From positions 5,979-69,978 of the forward strand of contig CAJWMY010000003.1 of NCBI GenBank assembly GCA_913044165.1: a stretch of 64,000 nucleotides of DNA. The letters run 5' to 3'. Under the pieces are notes generated by a model that saw only the letters and a list, made by a program, of their open reading frames with translations, searched no databases and was not told the DNA's origin. The stretch comes from an uncultured Puniceicoccaceae bacterium. GTDB taxonomy: Bacteria > Verrucomicrobiota > Verrucomicrobiia > Opitutales > Coraliomargaritaceae. Made by a program: the position numbers and the translations under genes. Shown here piece after piece: positions 61,283 to 64,000 of this stretch; positions within the stretch are counted from its first letter, which is position 1, and every line of letters begins with the position of its first letter.

Positions 61283-62383
61283 ATGGATTTCTTAGATTAT
61301 ATAATTCCAATTCTTTATGCACTAGGTATGATGGTAGTGTTTATGACAATGTGTGCTTATGCAGTTCTTGCTGAGCGAAAGATTTGCAGTCTAATTCAAG
61401 GAAGAGTAGGTCCAAATCGTGCCAAGATTCCAATCATTAGTCAGATTCCTATTATCGGTAATATTTTAACTCGATTAGGAATTTTTCACCCTGCTGCAGA
61501 TGGCTTAAAATTTTTATTTAAAGAAGAAATTACTCCCAAGCACGTCCGCCTTACATATTATTATTTAGCTCCTATTATAGCCCTGGCTCCTGCATTAACT
61601 ACAATGGTTGTTTTGCCTTTTGGACGCTATATAGATACTAATGGATTGGTACAGCCCGTAGTCCTTGCTGATATTGATGTAGGTATTTTATTTATTTTAG
61701 CTGTTTCATCTTTAGGAGTTTACGGAATAGTCCTTGCTGGTTGGGCATCTAATAGTAAGTATCCATTTTTAGGCTCTATACGTTCTACAGCCCAAATGAT
61801 ATCCTATGAGCTTGCTATGGGATTATCAATTTTACCGGTTTTCTTGTGGGCTGCTGCGCCAGGATCAGACTATGGATTGTCCTTATTCGGGGTTGTTCAA
61901 TCACAGAAGACACTCTGGCTAATTCTCTGGCAACCGATTTCAGCGCTTATTTTTTTAGTAGCAATCTTTGCAGAAACAAACCGATTGCCTTTCGATATGG
62001 CAGAATCAGAAACTGACCTAGTGGGGGGTTTCCATACAGAATATGGCGCATTTAAATTTGGTATGTTCTTTGTTGCTGAATATGCCCACATAATAATGGG
62101 TTCAGCTTTATTTGTACTGCTTTTCTTAGGAGGATGGCATTTTCTTCCAGGAATATCTGACCCTTGGCCGGCAGGATTCTTTGGAGTAATCTGTTCAACG
62201 CTTTGGTTTTTGCTCAAAATTTTTCTAATGATATTCTTTTTTATATGGATGCGTTGGTCAATGCCTCGTTTCCGTTATGATCATGTGATGCACCTTGGCT
62301 GGAAAATCTTACTCCCACTTGCGATTGTTAATTTCATTTTTTACATATTTGTAATCGCACTTATTGATAAAATCTCGTACTAA
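61283..62383 (+). CDS. nuoH: NADH-quinone oxidoreductase subunit H
   Basis: 'AERKICSLIQGRVGPNR' and 'AETNRLPFDMAESETDLVGGFHTEYG'. The ATG at 61283 is preferred over the TTG at 61268, which overlaps nuoG. Confidence 0.95.
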   Translation: MDFLDYIIPILYALGMMVVFMTMCAYAVLAERKICSLIQGRVGPNRAKIPIISQIPIIGNILTRLGIFHPAADGLKFLFKEEITPKHVRLTYYYLAPIIALAPALTTMVVLPFGRYIDTNGLVQPVVLADIDVGILFILAVSSLGVYGIVLAGWASNSKYPFLGSIRSTAQMISYELAMGLSILPVFLWAAAPGSDYGLSLFGVVQSQKTLWLILWQPISALIFLVAIFAETNRLPFDMAESETDLVGGFHTEYGAFKFGMFFVAEYAHIIMGSALFVLLFLGGWHFLPGISDPWPAGFFGVICSTLWFLLKIFLMIFFFIWMRWSMPRFRYDHVMHLGWKILLPLAIVNFIFYIFVIALIDKISY

Positions 62384-62388
62384 AGACT

Positions 62389-62940
62389 ATGGCTAAAACA
62401 AAAGTATTAGAGCGTAAGCCACTTACATTTGCTGAAAAAACATTTCTCCCGCAAATTGCCTCTGGATTGGCAACGACTTTTGTAAATATGTTTAAAAAGT
62501 CAATTACGATGGAATACCCAGAAGTCCGTCCGGTTATACCCGATAAGTACAGAGGGATTCCGACTCTAGTCAAAGATCCTAAGGGTCGAGTTAAATGTGT
62601 ATCTTGCCAACTATGCGAGTTTGTTTGTCCACCTAAAGCCATAAGAATTAAACCTAGTGAAATTGATCCAGATACTAATGAAGATAGATCGCACATAGAG
62701 AAAGAACCTAAAGATTTCGATATTAATATGTTGCGCTGTATATACTGCGGGCTTTGCGAAGAAGTTTGTCCAGAGGAAGCTATTTTTCTTCAAGACAATT
62801 TTTCTTTATCTGGTTACACTCGCGAATCAATGGTATATGGTAAAGAAAAACTTCTTGAACTAGGCGGTACTTTACCTGACAAGCATTTCAAGTGGGATAA
62901 GAAAAAGGAAGCAGAGGAAAATAATCCTATTAACCATTAA
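62389..62940 (+). CDS. nuoI: NADH-quinone oxidoreductase subunit I
   Basis: 183 aa. Two 4Fe-4S motifs, 'CVSCQLCEFVCP' and 'CIYCGLCEEVCP'. Confidence 0.95.
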   Translation: MAKTKVLERKPLTFAEKTFLPQIASGLATTFVNMFKKSITMEYPEVRPVIPDKYRGIPTLVKDPKGRVKCVSCQLCEFVCPPKAIRIKPSEIDPDTNEDRSHIEKEPKDFDINMLRCIYCGLCEEVCPEEAIFLQDNFSLSGYTRESMVYGKEKLLELGGTLPDKHFKWDKKKEAEENNPINH

Positions 62941-62983
62941 TCTGTACATCTATAATAATTTCAGATTTGAGTATATATGGATG

Positions 62984-63451
62984 TTAACGAATCCAATGCT
63001 CAATAGAAAAGAGCTTATTATTTTCGATTATAGAATTTAGTTTAAAGTCTTTTTCGAATTCAGGGAATAAAGTATCTCCCTCGTGCTCCGCATTGACTCT
63101 AGTTAAATATAAATCATCACAATGTGGTAACATTAACTTATATATTTCCGCGCCACCTGCAACCCATATGTTCTCATTTTCTGCAGATTTTTCTATAGAA
63201 TCCATGTCTGAAACAGTGATTGTATGCTCTGCAATGTAGCTAGAGCGAGATAATATGAGAGTTTGCCTATCTGGCAAGGGTCTTCCTATTGATTCAAATG
63301 TTTTTCTTCCCATCAGTAATGTTTGCCCTATAGTATTTTGCTTAAACCATTTGAAATCTTCAGGTATATACCAAGGGATAGCGCCATTATTTCCTATGAC
63401 TCTATTTTTCGCCATAGCTGCAATGGCTTTATATTTAAATTTAAGGGCCAT
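62984..63451 (-). CDS. folA: dihydrofolate reductase
   Basis: 'AIAAMAKNRVIGNNGAIPW', 'LLMGRKTFESIG' and 'VAGGAEIY'. The ATG at 63451 is preferred, because the track start at 63502 overlaps the upstream ABC-F gene. Confidence 0.9.
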   Translation of the reverse strand: MALKFKYKAIAAMAKNRVIGNNGAIPWYIPEDFKWFKQNTIGQTLLMGRKTFESIGRPLPDRQTLILSRSSYIAEHTITVSDMDSIEKSAENENIWVAGGAEIYKLMLPHCDDLYLTRVNAEHEGDTLFPEFEKDFKLNSIIENNKLFSIEHWIR

Positions 63452-63452
63452 T

Positions 63453-64000
63453 TTATTTAGTCTCCATTTCAGATTCAATACGTTGGATGTATTCAGAGAC
63501 ATTACAAGTAAGCATACGCATACTTCCTTTAGAAACCTCTAACACTTTATTTACAACACCATCTAAAAAAGAACGATCGTGGGAAACTAATATGACAGTG
63601 CCCTCAAAAGCATTTATTGCATCTTGCAGAACCGCTTTCGATTTTAAGTCTAGGTGATTAGTTGGCTCATCCAAAATTAAGCAATTTGCTGATTGCATTA
63701 GCATTTTACATAGGGCGACTCTATTTTTCTCTCCGCCAGAGAGTACATGATTTTTCTTCAATGCAGCATCACCTGAAAATAGTAATGCTCCAAGAGCAGA
63801 CCTCGGGTTTGCTTCCTGATTACCACTTTTAGCAGCAGCTATTTCGACTTCTTCTAGCACTGAATTATTTGGGTTAAGATCTTCAGCCTGTGATTGAGCA
63901 AAATAGGAAATAACTGTATTAATCCCTATTTCGACTGTGCCACTTTGGTAGGGTTCTTGATCTGCCATGATACGTGCTAGAGTGGATTTTCCAGCTCCAT
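63453..64000 (-). CDS. ABC-F family ATP-binding protein, C-terminal part (5' end lies outside the window)
   Basis: Signature 'LSGGEKNRVAL', Walker B 'LILDEPTNHLD', H-loop 'VSHDRSFL'. Own translation of the last 40 nt gives Walker A 'GAGKSTLARIMA', so the ORF continues past 64000. No TM domain. Confidence 0.85.
   Translation of the reverse strand, partial: GAGKSTLARIMADQEPYQSGTVEIGINTVISYFAQSQAEDLNPNNSVLEEVEIAAAKSGNQEANPRSALGALLFSGDAALKKNHVLSGGEKNRVALCKMLMQSANCLILDEPTNHLDLKSKAVLQDAINAFEGTVILVSHDRSFLDGVVNKVLEVSKGSMRMLTCNVSEYIQRIESEMETK

Noticed and set aside
1-64000. Scan for tRNA, rRNA, tmRNA, RNase P or SRP RNA genes, CRISPR repeats, IS elements or transposases, integrases and phage genes.
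   Set aside because: None of the 11 intergenic gaps longer than 120 bp shows tRNA-like acceptor or T-arm sequences, regularly spaced direct repeats or terminal inverted repeats. No ORF has transposase, integrase or phage-like motifs. This was inspection by eye only, so a covariance-model scan would be needed for certainty.

Overview
Visibly AT-rich, very densely packed 64-kb chromosomal segment with about 62 protein genes on both strands. By eye I found no rRNA, tRNA, CRISPR array, IS element or prophage. Content is mostly core housekeeping. It includes glyA, rng, rodA and mgtE; surE and argG; and a hom / lysC-thrC aspartate-pathway block. It also includes argS, deoA, efp, serA and plsY; a long nusA-infB-rbfA-nrnA-truB-ribF-rluD string; and obg and folA. 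NADH:quinone oxidoreductase (complex I) is split into two blocks, nuoJKLMN at 28.9-34.7 kb and nuoBCDEFGHI at 55.2-62.9 kb. Envelope and secretion genes are scattered through the window: a truncated prepilin-type pseudopilin at the left edge, a lone GspF/PilC-type platform protein, a porin, a PEP-CTERM protein preceded by an internally triplicated secreted protein, and a distant exosortase. The pseudopilin, the PEP-CTERM/exosortase pair and the near-absence of Shine-Dalgarno motifs suggest a PVC-superphylum (Verrucomicrobiota-like) host; this is inference only. I see no obvious multi-gene novel defence or mobile system. The most notable observations are: (1) a stand-alone bacterial nitric-oxide synthase oxygenase gene inserted antisense between hom and lysC; (2) the split, re-ordered nuo locus with no nuoA; (3) the two-gene operon of triplicated secreted protein plus PEP-CTERM protein, with its exosortase 33 kb away; (4) a decayed Ppx/GppA pseudogene; (5) an Arg32-type EF-P; (6) an unannotated 49-aa TRASH-like zinc-ribbon ORF; (7) a Cys-less FmdB-like protein; (8) a DUF1343/NamZ-like gene whose signal peptide lies upstream of any canonical start codon. 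All family calls rest on motifs read from the translations. No database search was run.
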